From: a phage
Direction: 5' to 3' (one strand)
Assembly: GCA_025823825.1 (NCBI GenBank)
Contig: GCA_025823825.1_4720.1
Length of the DNA stretch: 64,000 nt
A program made the translations under genes and the position numbers. Under the pieces are notes generated by a model, which had not been told where the DNA came from, ran no database searches, and was given only the letters and a program-made list of their open reading frames with translations. Positions 18,089 through 28,305 of this stretch are shown here, one piece after another. How positions within the stretch are numbered: position 1 is the stretch's first letter; every line of letters begins with the position of its first letter.

Positions 18089-18118
18089 CGGTGTTCATCC
18101 TTTTAGGGATGAACACCG
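18089..18118 (-). terminator. intrinsic terminator (12-bp stem CGGTGTTCATCC / GGATGAACACCG)
   Basis: Perfect hairpin followed on the minus strand by a T-rich run (plus-strand A8 at 18067-18074), downstream of 18139..18717. Confidence 0.6.
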
Positions 18119-18138
18119 CGTACCGTTATGTTGAATGC

Positions 18139-18717
18139 TTAGTAAGGAATCAGATCGTTAAGCTTCTCTTCTTCGATAACAAAGAAGTTGTTCTGGTCGT
18201 CTAAATCTGTTAACAAGACTTGCCCGACAGTAAAGCATGTACCACCTTTCTTAGGTGTCCATACCGGCTCGTTCGTTACCTTATCAGGATACCATTTGAA
18301 ACGATTGGTATCCAAGAAGAACGCCGCTTTGTTCTCTTTATCGGTTGAACGATAACTAACCAATGCGGGCCACTCAATCCAGGTATTCGTACACGGTACA
18401 TGTAAAGGGTACCACGCACGCCAACATTTACCTGGTCTGTTAGGATCTATCCAATATTTAGCAAACAATACAGCATCTTTATACTGTTTCTGCATCAGCA
18501 TTTCGAGGACAAGTTCGTTAATTGGTAAACCCGCCTTTTCTTTCGTCACACTAGGAAAACCGACGTACACGTTATTCTTCGACACGGATGATGTAACAAC
18601 ACCGGTAACTAACGGTCTGCTCGGTTTACGTTTCTGTTCTTTCCGACGTGTGTAAAAGAATAGTCCGACAGATACAGCAACAAGTATAATAAACAACACT
18701 ACCTTAATCCAGCTCAT
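18139..18717 (-). CDS. membrane-anchored protein (N-terminal TM segment)
   Basis: MSWIKVVLFIILVAVSVGLFFYTRRKEQKRK signal-anchor-like N-terminus. Confidence 0.5.
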   Translation of the reverse strand: MSWIKVVLFIILVAVSVGLFFYTRRKEQKRKPSRPLVTGVVTSSVSKNNVYVGFPSVTKEKAGLPINELVLEMLMQKQYKDAVLFAKYWIDPNRPGKCWRAWYPLHVPCTNTWIEWPALVSYRSTDKENKAAFFLDTNRFKWYPDKVTNEPVWTPKKGGTCFTVGQVLLTDLDDQNNFFVIEEEKLNDLIPY

Positions 18718-19481
18718 TCGTCAATTTCTCCTTCTACAAACAGAGTCAATTTGATTTCAGGGTCATAGAACATGGTAATCACACCATCTTGCTCTACTGA
18801 ACGCTGCGCTGTCCATATTAACTGTTCATCCCGAATATCAAATTTATGCCGCTCATCACTCACCACAGCTTCTGCGTCGACGTAATGGTAAACATCGCCG
18901 AGAGGATTCTCAATCCAGCCGCGTACCATCAAACGTTCTTTTTGTTTACGTGTAAAGAAGCGATAAGGATCTTCGCACGTGCGCCACACATCCCCGTTCT
19001 CGTTAACCAGTTCATCATAAACTTTAGAGAGTTCGTCAGGTACCGGAATCAAAATGTTATCCTGATAGTTCGACCAGAAACGACGTACATCTTGGATCAA
19101 CTCATCGTCCTGCAGTTTAATTACCGCGTCACTATAATCGATTTCAACAGTATCGATATCAAGACGGGTAAACGGAAGAGCGTCTAGGTTTATCACAGCG
19201 ACATCGATCCGATCATGATGAATATAAACCCACCCATCAAACCACCTGTAACCATCAGCTTGATATAGCGTTGTGTGGTATCTGACGACGTTGATGTCTT
19301 CGAACGATTCTAATAAGGCTTTAGCTGCTAAAAGCGGCGAAAAGTTCTTTGATTGTCCTGGTTTACGTATTTCTTCTTTGATGAACAATTTACCAAGAGC
19401 TGGATGTTCGATAACAAAACCGCAGGAGAGCATGATGCTTCCTTGATAACGTGCTTCTTGCATTTTCCATTCCTCAAACAA
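18714..19481 (-). CDS. hypothetical protein (255 aa)
   Basis: Minus-strand ORF overlapping the next gene start by 4 nt; no motif recognised. Confidence 0.5.
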   Translation of the reverse strand: MFEEWKMQEARYQGSIMLSCGFVIEHPALGKLFIKEEIRKPGQSKNFSPLLAAKALLESFEDINVVRYHTTLYQADGYRWFDGWVYIHHDRIDVAVINLDALPFTRLDIDTVEIDYSDAVIKLQDDELIQDVRRFWSNYQDNILIPVPDELSKVYDELVNENGDVWRTCEDPYRFFTRKQKERLMVRGWIENPLGDVYHYVDAEAVVSDERHKFDIRDEQLIWTAQRSVEQDGVITMFYDPEIKLTLFVEGEIDE

Positions 19482-19638
19482 ATGTGTGTCTTTTACGCGA
19501 CATGATTACTAGTACACAGGTTACTGGATTTCTGTAAAAGTTAATTTTCGTAAACTAAAAGAAAATGTATCCGTGTTTCCTGGTTCTTCCCCTCCACAGC
19601 CTCAGGAAGAGAAGAACCGTTTACTAAGTTGTTATGTA

Positions 19639-19896
19639 TTAAAATGCATTGATTGGATTGTTCAGCGCTTTATCGCGAATTTGAATCGCTGCCAGCATTG
19701 CTTTCTGATACGAATCGTAAGCATCAACAGAAACCGTCATATCAACCAATTTCTCTAATACGGATTCAGCCGCTTTTACGCGGATGCGGAACTTGGTGAT
19801 GACGTTATCTTTGTTACGGTAAACCGTGATGTGGTGCAGCGGCTGGACATTGGTTTTATTCGTTTTAACGGATTTAGTTGCTTTGATCGTTTTCAT
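19639..19896 (-). CDS. hypothetical protein (85 aa)
   Basis: Small minus-strand ORF; no motif recognised. Confidence 0.4.
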   Translation of the reverse strand: MKTIKATKSVKTNKTNVQPLHHITVYRNKDNVITKFRIRVKAAESVLEKLVDMTVSVDAYDSYQKAMLAAIQIRDKALNNPINAF

Positions 19897-19989
19897 GATG
19901 ATTTCCTTCTTTATTAGGATGATTACGTTTAGTCAGTTTAACGGCATAAACCCTTCCTGCCTTACGCAGGAAGGGCATACGGATTTGTT

Positions 19990-20487
19990 TTACGTGTGTC
20001 GTCGTTTACCAAAGAAAATGTGGCTGTCTACCACGGTGATATTGGTAGCATGTTTTCTGAAATGCTTAGGGCGAAGATGTTTCGCGTTAAAGAATACGGC
20101 TCCTCGTGTTGGGTCGGCTTTATGGTAAGCCGCAATGTCAGTATAACGTAATGTTGCGACCTCTCGTGCTATTGCTCTTGCTCGCTCAAAAGCAGCATGA
20201 TCGCGTATGACAATACGCCTTTGTTTTGTCCAGGGGAATTGACCTCTCTGCAGTACGACGTCTTTGACGTTCGTAGGGAATCGGTAGTCCATAGATCGAT
20301 TATGTATTAAAAACGCAACGGAGTATTGCCCTTTTACAGATTCGCCTCTGGCTTCCATATACACAGCGCATGCGACGATCTCTTTCCGGCAATCGATTCT
20401 AGGTCCTGCGTTCACCGATGCTTGACTGAACGGTGTGATAAGCAACATAACAAGCCCTAAAATCAACGTGTGTAAAATACCTTGCAT
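19990..20487 (-). CDS. SleB/CwlJ-like cell-wall hydrolase with N-terminal signal sequence (candidate endolysin)
   Basis: Hydrophobic N-terminus MQGILHTLILGLVMLLITPFSQA and motif CAVYMEARGES typical of the SleB-like hydrolase family. Confidence 0.6.
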   Translation of the reverse strand: MQGILHTLILGLVMLLITPFSQASVNAGPRIDCRKEIVACAVYMEARGESVKGQYSVAFLIHNRSMDYRFPTNVKDVVLQRGQFPWTKQRRIVIRDHAAFERARAIAREVATLRYTDIAAYHKADPTRGAVFFNAKHLRPKHFRKHATNITVVDSHIFFGKRRHT

Positions 20488-21029
20488 CTTAATAACCTCA
20501 CGATAAGGTGCTGTCCACTGGCGTCTTGATAACGCATCCCGTCTATCGGGTTGTTCTATTCAGCGGGCAGCAGGTTAGCGTCAGATGTTTGCCCGACATC
20601 CACGACAGAAATAAACGGTACTGAAAATACGGTCTCCTCTGGTTTGGCAATAAACATAACGTTGGATAACAGAACCCATTTCCCGCATCCAACGCGGTAA
20701 AGGTGTACATCGTTTGAATTCATATAGTTTCTCAAAGATGTTAACCTCTACCGTCAAGCCATAGGTTGTATTTATCCCGAAGGTATGGATCACGATAAAT
20801 ACGTCGATAGACTTGATACGGTATAAACTTGCAATGTACGAGTTCGTCGCTTAATTTATGACGTCGCTCCATACCGTTGTGAATACGACGTATCTCCCGG
20901 ATATTAAAGGTTGTTTTATTCAAGAGAATAGACATAATGACGGATCGATGATCCAGATTAAAGATCGCCATTACGCCTCGTATCTCGCGTAAAACAACTT
21001 CTCTATCGACAAGGATGCGATTATTTAAC

Positions 21030-21401
21030 TTAAGATTCTCCGTGATACCCATAACCTTCATCCTCGACACGTCGACACATCGGTAAAAATAAACACCAGC
21101 TTGTTGCACTGAGGATCGCCGTTACGATGATATTTGCGATATCACTCAATCGAGCATCGGCTTGCCACATAACAAGCATAAAAAGAACGTACGCGAACCC
21201 ATACACGACAAACCGTCTGATGTTACGCGTCGACCACGTACAAATATACAAAAGGGGAAGTTGTCCTATAACACAAACGATGGTTCGGATAACGTAATAA
21301 ACGCGTTCCGTCGTTGTTTCAAAATCGATATTCGCTGCAGAAATCCCGATCATTATAAAAGTGAAAATGAAATAGATTTTTGCGTATGTCTTTAAACTCA
21401 T
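21030..21401 (-). CDS. membrane protein (multiple TM segments), holin-like candidate
   Basis: Several hydrophobic stretches (IYFIFTFIMIGISAA, FAYVLFMLVMW, IIVTAILSATSWCLFL). Confidence 0.4.
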   Translation of the reverse strand: MSLKTYAKIYFIFTFIMIGISAANIDFETTTERVYYVIRTIVCVIGQLPLLYICTWSTRNIRRFVVYGFAYVLFMLVMWQADARLSDIANIIVTAILSATSWCLFLPMCRRVEDEGYGYHGES

Positions 21402-21417
21402 GGCTTTTCTCGTTCGT

Positions 21418-21651
21418 TTATTTGCGTTTTCCTACATTCCTCAACAAGGTAACGATAACGAATACCGCTATCATCAAGAAGACGAACCATAACCCTACGT
21501 TAATTCGGGCGGCTGGTACATCCACCATAAGGAACATCGTCCCACAAAAACCAATTACCATCCATGCTAAGACCATCCCTGTTAATCCCCGTAGTAGCAT
21601 ATGTCCCATCATGAACTCCTTCTTACTTTTTCTGATAGAGCGATGATTCAA
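21418..21651 (-). CDS. small membrane protein (2 TM), holin-like candidate
   Basis: LTGMVLAWMVIGFCGTMFLMV and LWFVFLMIAVFVIVTLL followed by basic tail. Confidence 0.4.
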   Translation of the reverse strand: MNHRSIRKSKKEFMMGHMLLRGLTGMVLAWMVIGFCGTMFLMVDVPAARINVGLWFVFLMIAVFVIVTLLRNVGKRK

Positions 21652-22013
21652 ATTTTAGAAACACCGCTAACGCGAGTGCGATTAATAACGCACGTACCCA
21701 CATACCTCCTTGACAACTGTTGTACAACATAAAGACCAGAGCGATGCCGCCCATATGCAGGCGGCACTTATCGAACAGTGTTGGTTTATACATAAGAGAT
21801 CAATCGTTGAGTGATTTTTACTTTGCCTTTACCTGGGCCTTTCTTACAGCGATTCAACAGACGGATACGAGTTCGGGTTACGACGTCGCCATCATAATCA
21901 GCCTGGAACTGTGATAAGAAAGCAGGTTGTATCGGATCGACACCAGGATTGCTATAGAAAGGATTGAGACTTAAAAGAGGGTTAGCTGGAATCATCGTAT
22001 TGTCCTTACTCAG

Positions 22014-22364
22014 TTATTTACCCAGATAGAGGTATTCACCACCCTGAACAACACCGGTTGCTGGATCAACAAGTATACGAACCCGCGCGTAGGTCTTGAA
22101 AGAGGGGTTGAAAACTTCGAAGTCCGCCACTTTCAATTTCACGCTGGGGTTGATTGGGTTCTTAACACCAGGAAGTTCTTTCGGGGTACCGAAGTCAACA
22201 CCGCATTCTTCAAGGTCTGCTGGCGTCATGCTCTCCATGGCCATGTAGATTGTTTTTGCTTTATCGTAAACTTCCGGGCTATCCAGCAATCCCGCCTGCG
22301 CCGAACCGATAACACTACCGAACAGAATAGCAACAGCAACAAACAATTTAGTTAACGTTTTCAT
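22014..22364 (-). CDS. secreted protein (signal peptide)
   Basis: MKTLTKLFVAVAILFGSVIGSAQA signal-peptide-like N-terminus. Confidence 0.5.
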   Translation of the reverse strand: MKTLTKLFVAVAILFGSVIGSAQAGLLDSPEVYDKAKTIYMAMESMTPADLEECGVDFGTPKELPGVKNPINPSVKLKVADFEVFNPSFKTYARVRILVDPATGVVQGGEYLYLGK

Positions 22365-22402
22365 GATCGTTTCCTTAATAACTTAAATAAACCAATTTAG
22401 TA

Positions 22403-22825
22403 TTAACGTACAGCCGCTACGCTGCGAGCGCATGCCTGAATATCATCGGTGTTTACGATGATGGTTTCGTTAAACGCACGAATACGTGCGCGACGTGCTT
22501 CTTTAAGGCTGGCGATTGCGCTAGCAGCTTGATCTGTATTCGCAAGGCTAATAACCGGGATCAAACGCATGTCAGGACTGCAGATATTCAATGCTTGGTA
22601 CACACGTCCATTGATTCCCACGGTATCAGACATCGGATAGTGCGCACGGCATTGAAATTGACCCATGACAACAAGCGAACGATCGGAGATACCAATCTGA
22701 TAACGGCCGTCTTCGCTGTAGGCGTAGCAGTTATTCCCACGAGCCATCCAGTTAGCCTGTGCTTGTGTGCTAACAAAAGCCAGGGTGGTGACGATAGCGA
22801 ATACGATATTTTTGAACAGTTTCAT
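22403..22825 (-). CDS. secreted protein (signal peptide)
   Basis: Start set at internal ATG 22825: MKLFKNIVFAIVTTLAFVSTQAQA. Confidence 0.5.
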   Translation of the reverse strand: MKLFKNIVFAIVTTLAFVSTQAQANWMARGNNCYAYSEDGRYQIGISDRSLVVMGQFQCRAHYPMSDTVGINGRVYQALNICSPDMRLIPVISLANTDQAASAIASLKEARRARIRAFNETIIVNTDDIQACARSVAAVR

Positions 22826-22883
22826 GATAAAGATCCTTATTGAAATAAAATCGGTATAAAGGCCCCCATTTAGGGGGACCTGA

Positions 22884-23201
22884 TTAGTTTGCACGTAAGA
22901 AATGACCCAGAACCGTTACGATTGGAAACAGCCCTGTAACAGTATTATCACCCGAAAACATCATCATTGTTCCGTTAACGGTGATGAAACGGATGTCGGT
23001 TGCGGACCCATCGATAGCGACAAAACGCATCGAGTTCGGTGGAAGGTCCTCAACCACTTCCACGAGGTACTCGCGATTATCAAAGGCTTCTTTAACACGA
23101 CGCATGAAACGAATCAAGGTTCCTTCCGCGTCAGCTTCCAAATGACCTAAGATATCGCGATTATTACGAATAGCAAATACAGCCATTTTAAACATACTCA
23201 T
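22884..23201 (-). CDS. hypothetical protein (105 aa)
   Basis: Minus-strand ORF; no motif recognised. Confidence 0.4.
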   Translation of the reverse strand: MSMFKMAVFAIRNNRDILGHLEADAEGTLIRFMRRVKEAFDNREYLVEVVEDLPPNSMRFVAIDGSATDIRFITVNGTMMMFSGDNTVTGLFPIVTVLGHFLRAN

Positions 23202-23309
23202 CTTGACATCCTTTTATATTGGATTGGTTGCTAATAATTCAAGGTGAAGCTGATTACTGCATTGCTTCACCTAAGTAATATAGCCGTGAAAATTAATGTA
23301 TTAACCCAT

Positions 23310-24320
23310 TCACGCTTTTGCTAAGTAGGGTTGGATCTCATTAATCCGTTTAACCACAACCTCAGGGAAAAGTTTGAGTATTTCATCAGGTGGTATCGTA
23401 CCTTCTGTCCAACGATAGCGTTCGACCATCTCGATGCGTGGACTCCCTCCGACATCAGCGATACGAAAGATACAGGCGATGCCTAAATCGAAGCATACGC
23501 TGTAAATATCTTCCGTACCTCCTTTATCAGCAAGTATTTTCGCAAAATGCTCGTTGTCAGGAAGAATGGCTAAATTACGGATACACCAAACATTACTACC
23601 CATTTCTTCAAGTTTTGGGTAAGTTAAAGTGTGTCCGTATTGTGTTAACCATCGATGACTTTCGAGGTAGAAGTCCTTATCCCCTGGTCGATAACCCAAT
23701 ATCACTCCCGTGTAGAAGAGATTGGGCATATCGAGCAGTTCTCGAATCGTTGGGCCGGTATGCTCCCAGAGACAGATTTGTTTACGGTCTATATCGTAAT
23801 CTGTGACGTTACTCACCTCCCAACTTATCGTAAGTTCATCGGCAACACGCCAACCTAAAGCATGTTCGCCACCAAGCAGATTAACAATGGCCGATATTTC
23901 ATACTTGTCAAATACACCCAAATTACACGGCGGCTGCATCGTACGTAATGGCTCCCACAGCACATTGTAATCATAGAGCAAATGGCGACATAAACTTTTT
24001 GTTAGGGGTGTCTGTTCAGTGAAAAGTGGAAGAATCACCGTATCCAATAACGGGCGTAACGGATGATCGTTCGGTGGTAACGGGGCAGCCAGCCGACCTC
24101 CTTCTTTGGGGTAATCGAGACCAAACCCGTAGCGCTCCGAAATAAGCGCAACCAGCACTTTTGCTACGCGGTTACGTAGCATGCGATGGATATCATCACT
24201 GTAACTGAATTTCGGTTTATTTCCGCAAACGAAGGTGAAGTATCTAGGCGATAGCTTAACCATAGTCTTTTCCTTAATCCAGATAGTACGTGATGGATAG
24301 GTCTTTTCCATCGAATACAA
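23310..24320 (-). CDS. hypothetical protein (336 aa)
   Basis: Minus-strand ORF; no motif recognised. Confidence 0.5.
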   Translation of the reverse strand: MYSMEKTYPSRTIWIKEKTMVKLSPRYFTFVCGNKPKFSYSDDIHRMLRNRVAKVLVALISERYGFGLDYPKEGGRLAAPLPPNDHPLRPLLDTVILPLFTEQTPLTKSLCRHLLYDYNVLWEPLRTMQPPCNLGVFDKYEISAIVNLLGGEHALGWRVADELTISWEVSNVTDYDIDRKQICLWEHTGPTIRELLDMPNLFYTGVILGYRPGDKDFYLESHRWLTQYGHTLTYPKLEEMGSNVWCIRNLAILPDNEHFAKILADKGGTEDIYSVCFDLGIACIFRIADVGGSPRIEMVERYRWTEGTIPPDEILKLFPEVVVKRINEIQPYLAKA

Positions 24321-24720
24321 TATCCGTGCAGTCGTGGATGGTCGGTAATACCATTTTTGCTGCTATTGGGACGTATGCTTGCAACTCCATGAAGTTATTC
24401 ATACGGAACGCACGACGTACCATCAGCGGCGTTAGCGTAAACGTTACGCTGACGTTACCGCTTGGGAGCAGGTGCATTATCGCATGTCCATGATCGCACC
24501 AGCAATGGTTTTCGATCCATCCGGTGTAAATCAGAATGTCTTTATCTTCGTCGTAATAAGCAATGCCGGGCTGCTTTAGATGACTAGTGAATCGAGAGGC
24601 TTGCTCGTAGCCTGCACGCAACATTCGAGCAACCAGTCGAGTATTGTTAGCGATTCGATTCTGTTCGTTGGTTTTTGTGGTTTTGAAAATTTCGATACGT
24701 TCTGCTTTTGTAATTTGCAT
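24274..24720 (-). CDS. hypothetical protein (148 aa)
   Basis: Minus-strand ORF; no motif recognised. Confidence 0.45.
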   Translation of the reverse strand: MQITKAERIEIFKTTKTNEQNRIANNTRLVARMLRAGYEQASRFTSHLKQPGIAYYDEDKDILIYTGWIENHCWCDHGHAIMHLLPSGNVSVTFTLTPLMVRRAFRMNNFMELQAYVPIAAKMVLPTIHDCTDIVFDGKDLSITYYLD

Positions 24721-24798
24721 GATTACTGTCCTTTTGAAATATGTTTAGATAAGGAGGATTTACCGGGTATTAAAAAGTTATTTGGTGTGTAATGTTTT

Positions 24799-25398
24799 TT
24801 ACTTAGGTTCCAGTATTGGTCCGAACAACCAGAATGTCAGACGCTGGTAAACCTGTTCGATGACTGCAGCTTCTGTTTGCTCTTCTAGTGCTTTCCCTTT
24901 CTTATGTTGTATTTCTGGCGGGATGTCGCCGTTGTAAACATACTCTGTTGAGAAGTCCCACGCCAGCCGTTTACCGAAAGTGGGTAAGAACACCTCTTCG
25001 AATCGGAACGCTTTCGAATTCCAATGCAACAGCTGATCGGATTCAACACGTAAAGCTTTATTACGTTTGCTTGGCATGTTTCCGAAGTACTGAACGATAG
25101 CTGATTTCATAACCCGATCTGCGAAGTCTTTGGCTTCGGCCTCATCGAGGGGAGGCAGACGATGTGATAGATTCAGCTTGCGTTGTTCAACATCGATCTT
25201 ACGCATCGCTTTAATCAAATCACTAGGAACGATTTTACCCTTATGGCCTTCCTGTCGGTGTATGAAACACCCCTGGAATAACACGCAAAGTTCTTGAGGC
25301 GCGCTACTTTCCATTCGTCCGTAAGCAACGATCACCGAACGACGACGATCAATAACTTCGCGGATAAACCGCGGCTCAGTAATACTCACCACTGTCAT
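24799..25398 (-). CDS. hypothetical protein (199 aa)
   Basis: Minus-strand ORF; no motif recognised. Confidence 0.5.
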   Translation of the reverse strand: MTVVSITEPRFIREVIDRRRSVIVAYGRMESSAPQELCVLFQGCFIHRQEGHKGKIVPSDLIKAMRKIDVEQRKLNLSHRLPPLDEAEAKDFADRVMKSAIVQYFGNMPSKRNKALRVESDQLLHWNSKAFRFEEVFLPTFGKRLAWDFSTEYVYNGDIPPEIQHKKGKALEEQTEAAVIEQVYQRLTFWLFGPILEPK

Positions 25399-25442
25399 TT
25401 AAAGCCCTCTTTATCTTTTTCCATTTCTCTTTACATAACCAC

Positions 25443-26168
25443 TTAAGACGTTGCCATCTTATCTTCCAGAGACTTCTTCGGTAAACCATGGATAACTCCT
25501 TCCGGGGTTAAGAACACACAGTCTGGATTCTGCGTTCGTGAACGGTCGTCTGGACTGTTCAACGAAAACAGCAATGCAGAAATACCTTTTGTCCGATTTA
25601 ACGTTGCGACGATCACATCAAGCTGTCGTAGCGCATCCGATACCGTTCGATGAGGAACGATTCGCGACTGTTTGAAGCTGGCTAACCGCCAAGTCTCGAA
25701 CAAACAACGCAGTTTAAACACGTCGGACGGAATAGCTGTAGATCCCTGTTCGATAACCTCAACCCGATCAGCTTCAGGATAACCTACAGCAACCGCACTA
25801 AAGTGTCTTACCCCATTATGAAAATCATCGATAGACGCTTCAGCGTATTTACATACCGTACCAGAAACGACCATCACTTTTGCTAAACCGCGATAATTGA
25901 TCGTTAACGGAATACGAAATACGCGTAAAGCATGTTCCGGATTTAATGAGACGTCATTCACTTTCGCAGATACCAGCGCACCTCGTTCATATCGAGCTTT
26001 GAACGGCAGCCCATTATAAACGGGATTGATCACAACGCCCCCTGGGGAGGCGTTAGCGTTAAGATGAGTGTTAAGCCAATCGGATACTTCCTGTCTGCTG
26101 GTTACGATTAACATAAAACGGTCCTCCATTTCTTTTCCTTCATTCATGACGCATATCTTCCAAATCAT
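25443..26168 (-). CDS. hypothetical protein (241 aa)
   Basis: Minus-strand ORF; no motif recognised. Confidence 0.5.
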   Translation of the reverse strand: MIWKICVMNEGKEMEDRFMLIVTSRQEVSDWLNTHLNANASPGGVVINPVYNGLPFKARYERGALVSAKVNDVSLNPEHALRVFRIPLTINYRGLAKVMVVSGTVCKYAEASIDDFHNGVRHFSAVAVGYPEADRVEVIEQGSTAIPSDVFKLRCLFETWRLASFKQSRIVPHRTVSDALRQLDVIVATLNRTKGISALLFSLNSPDDRSRTQNPDCVFLTPEGVIHGLPKKSLEDKMATS

Positions 26169-26790
26169 CCTTTTGTTTTGTAAATTCTGATTGCTTGCGA
26201 TAAACCGCCCATGCGTCGTATATACCGTTAAAAGTCAAATGACGCGCATTTAAGTTCACGGTGAATTCTTCCACAGAGGCAAAATCCGAACGAAGCATCG
26301 AATGGAAGGTGTCATCTCCAGTGCAGCCTCCGTACCCTTCGCCCTGATAAACCAAAAGCTGGTGGGGTTGGATACGTGCGGCAACCAACGCCGCTTGTGA
26401 TTCGTGGTAAGGTGGCCACGACAGTAGAATAACGTCGTACTGTGAAAGATCGATGTTTGTGTAGTCCGCTTGCTGGATATCATCAATAAACGGATGGGGG
26501 TGTATTGCGATGTCGTACGCGGTAATATCCTCAACACCAAGTTTACGTAACACGTAAGTCAGGTAACCTGTCCCACAACCCAAGTCAGCGATGCGTCGCC
26601 CGTAACAGATGTTCGCTAACTGGAGCGCGGTATCCATGGTTAACAACGACCATCCAACATGCTGGGTATATTCTTCACGGACAATCCATTGTTGATGGTG
26701 CGTCATCGGTTCTAAGATAGCAGCAAGCTGCTGGTACGGCAACGGCATTTTGGTTTCGCCTTGCGTGAGTAATGCAATAACATCGTTCAT
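26140..26790 (-). CDS. class I SAM-dependent methyltransferase (substrate unknown, possibly DNA)
   Basis: Motif I ADLGCGTGYLT and downstream LLSWPPY; start set at ATG 26790 with AAGGA upstream. Confidence 0.5.
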   Translation of the reverse strand: MNDVIALLTQGETKMPLPYQQLAAILEPMTHHQQWIVREEYTQHVGWSLLTMDTALQLANICYGRRIADLGCGTGYLTYVLRKLGVEDITAYDIAIHPHPFIDDIQQADYTNIDLSQYDVILLSWPPYHESQAALVAARIQPHQLLVYQGEGYGGCTGDDTFHSMLRSDFASVEEFTVNLNARHLTFNGIYDAWAVYRKQSEFTKQKDDLEDMRHE

Positions 26791-26838
26791 TCTGTTTCCT
26801 TTTATCGGCATAAGCCCTCCCATGCCGGGAGGGTACAA

Positions 26839-27267
26839 TTATTCATTTTCAATAACTTTAAGATTCGGTGTACCAAGCGTTTTCTTCACCAACGCTTCGG
26901 CAACACGTTTCTCGATGAAATCGGTCGCATTGCTTCCGTCTATCGTACGCATGTCGCCACGGAAGTTATTGAAGACCATAAACAAGTCACAACCGTCGAT
27001 AGGTATCGCAAGATCATAACTGACTTGTGATGCCGTGAAATGGACACCCACGACAACGGCGGGAACGAATTTAACCGCTGTGTTATCTCCTTCTTCTCCG
27101 GTTCCGAACGGAAGCTCAACACGATCACCGATAGAGAACTGTGAGACATCATTAATCGCGTGAGTTAGTGCGATTCGTTGCATGTCGGCGATCTTTTCCT
27201 TATTCGCGTCGCAAGGTAGGTCCAAGACTTCTTCCAACGTGAAGAATTTACGATCGAACCAGCTCAT
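26839..27267 (-). CDS. hypothetical protein (142 aa)
   Basis: Minus-strand ORF; no motif recognised. Confidence 0.45.
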   Translation of the reverse strand: MSWFDRKFFTLEEVLDLPCDANKEKIADMQRIALTHAINDVSQFSIGDRVELPFGTGEEGDNTAVKFVPAVVVGVHFTASQVSYDLAIPIDGCDLFMVFNNFRGDMRTIDGSNATDFIEKRVAEALVKKTLGTPNLKVIENE

Positions 27268-27268
27268 G

Positions 27269-27802
27269 TTAAGCTCCTTTGTGTTTTACGGACGATGTTA
27301 ACCAGGACGATCTTACCGTGAAACCCTCAGACTCGTAGAACGCCTGGGCTTCATCATTGTCGGCGCGAACATCCAGACCGATAGAATGGCCACCGCACTG
27401 GTAAGCGATGTTGCGCGCCTCATTCATCAAGGCATGGCCGATCCCGCGTCCGCGATATTCGGGTTTTACAATAATCGATGTAACGTCATGAATGCCCATA
27501 TGGCTCTCTGTATTCACTTCCAAGAGGCCTACCGGCATCGAAGCGATAGCATCGATCATAACGACCAACATTGCAGTATCTGGTAAACGCTTTTCTAATT
27601 CTAAAGCATCGTACTCGCGTTTTAAATCGGGGATATTCTCAAACATAAACGTGGTAGCCCATGCCTCTGATTCTACATCGTCGAGAATACGGTACAGCTC
27701 ACGAATCTGTCGTTTATGTGGGTAAAGGTGTGGATCGGCAGCCGTTGAGGCGATAACGCAATAGAACGGTCGTTCATTAATAACTACTGTTTTGATGCTC
27801 AT
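27269..27802 (-). CDS. GNAT family N-acetyltransferase
   Basis: Acetyl-CoA binding motif IVKPEYRGRGIGHALMNEA and C-terminal AQAFYESEGF. Confidence 0.7.
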   Translation of the reverse strand: MSIKTVVINERPFYCVIASTAADPHLYPHKRQIRELYRILDDVESEAWATTFMFENIPDLKREYDALELEKRLPDTAMLVVMIDAIASMPVGLLEVNTESHMGIHDVTSIIVKPEYRGRGIGHALMNEARNIAYQCGGHSIGLDVRADNDEAQAFYESEGFTVRSSWLTSSVKHKGA

Positions 27803-28305
27803 GCTAAAATTCCCTCATTACCTAACAGTCGATTACGATGACGTCGGTACATTTGACAAAGTGTTGTGATTTGATAATGTTTGTTATAACGTAATTCGAT
27901 ACGTTTTTGCACCTCTTTCCATGAAAGTTTATCGTATTGCCGATAACGATGGATTTCATTTAACATACGAAGACGAGTAGGATCGGTGTTCTTTATCGTC
28001 GTGAGCTTCACACGTTGATATCCACGCTGTAGTCCCGATTCGGAATACGTGACGTCAAACTCATCTTGAATGATGGTAATGATCTCCCGCCACCGACGGT
28101 TCTCGCCGTCACGTAAATGGACAACCCGCGATAAGATATCGTTCCGATTACGATGACTCAGTTTAATGTTAAGCATTGAAGCAATCGCGCTAATTGCTCT
28201 CTGACTCCGTCCTAACGCTTCACCTATTTCTTTCGATGTCATGACGCCCGCGTTTCGGCGTATGAATGCGATTTCGGTTGTTGTGTATTCTTTACCTGCT
28301 GCCAT
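27799..28305 (-). CDS. double Myb/SANT-like HTH protein, array member 1
   Basis: Two repeats of ...EIGEALGRSQRAISAIASMLNIK... type; overlaps neighbour starts. Confidence 0.6.
   Translation of the reverse strand: MAAGKEYTTTEIAFIRRNAGVMTSKEIGEALGRSQRAISAIASMLNIKLSHRNRNDILSRVVHLRDGENRRWREIITIIQDEFDVTYSESGLQRGYQRVKLTTIKNTDPTRLRMLNEIHRYRQYDKLSWKEVQKRIELRYNKHYQITTLCQMYRRHRNRLLGNEGILA

Noticed and set aside
20581-21109. ORFs 20581..20793 and 20741..21109 as genes, with a HNH-like reading of the latter
   Set aside because: They overlap each other and 21030..21401, start positions are ambiguous, and no catalytic motif is convincing; left unannotated.
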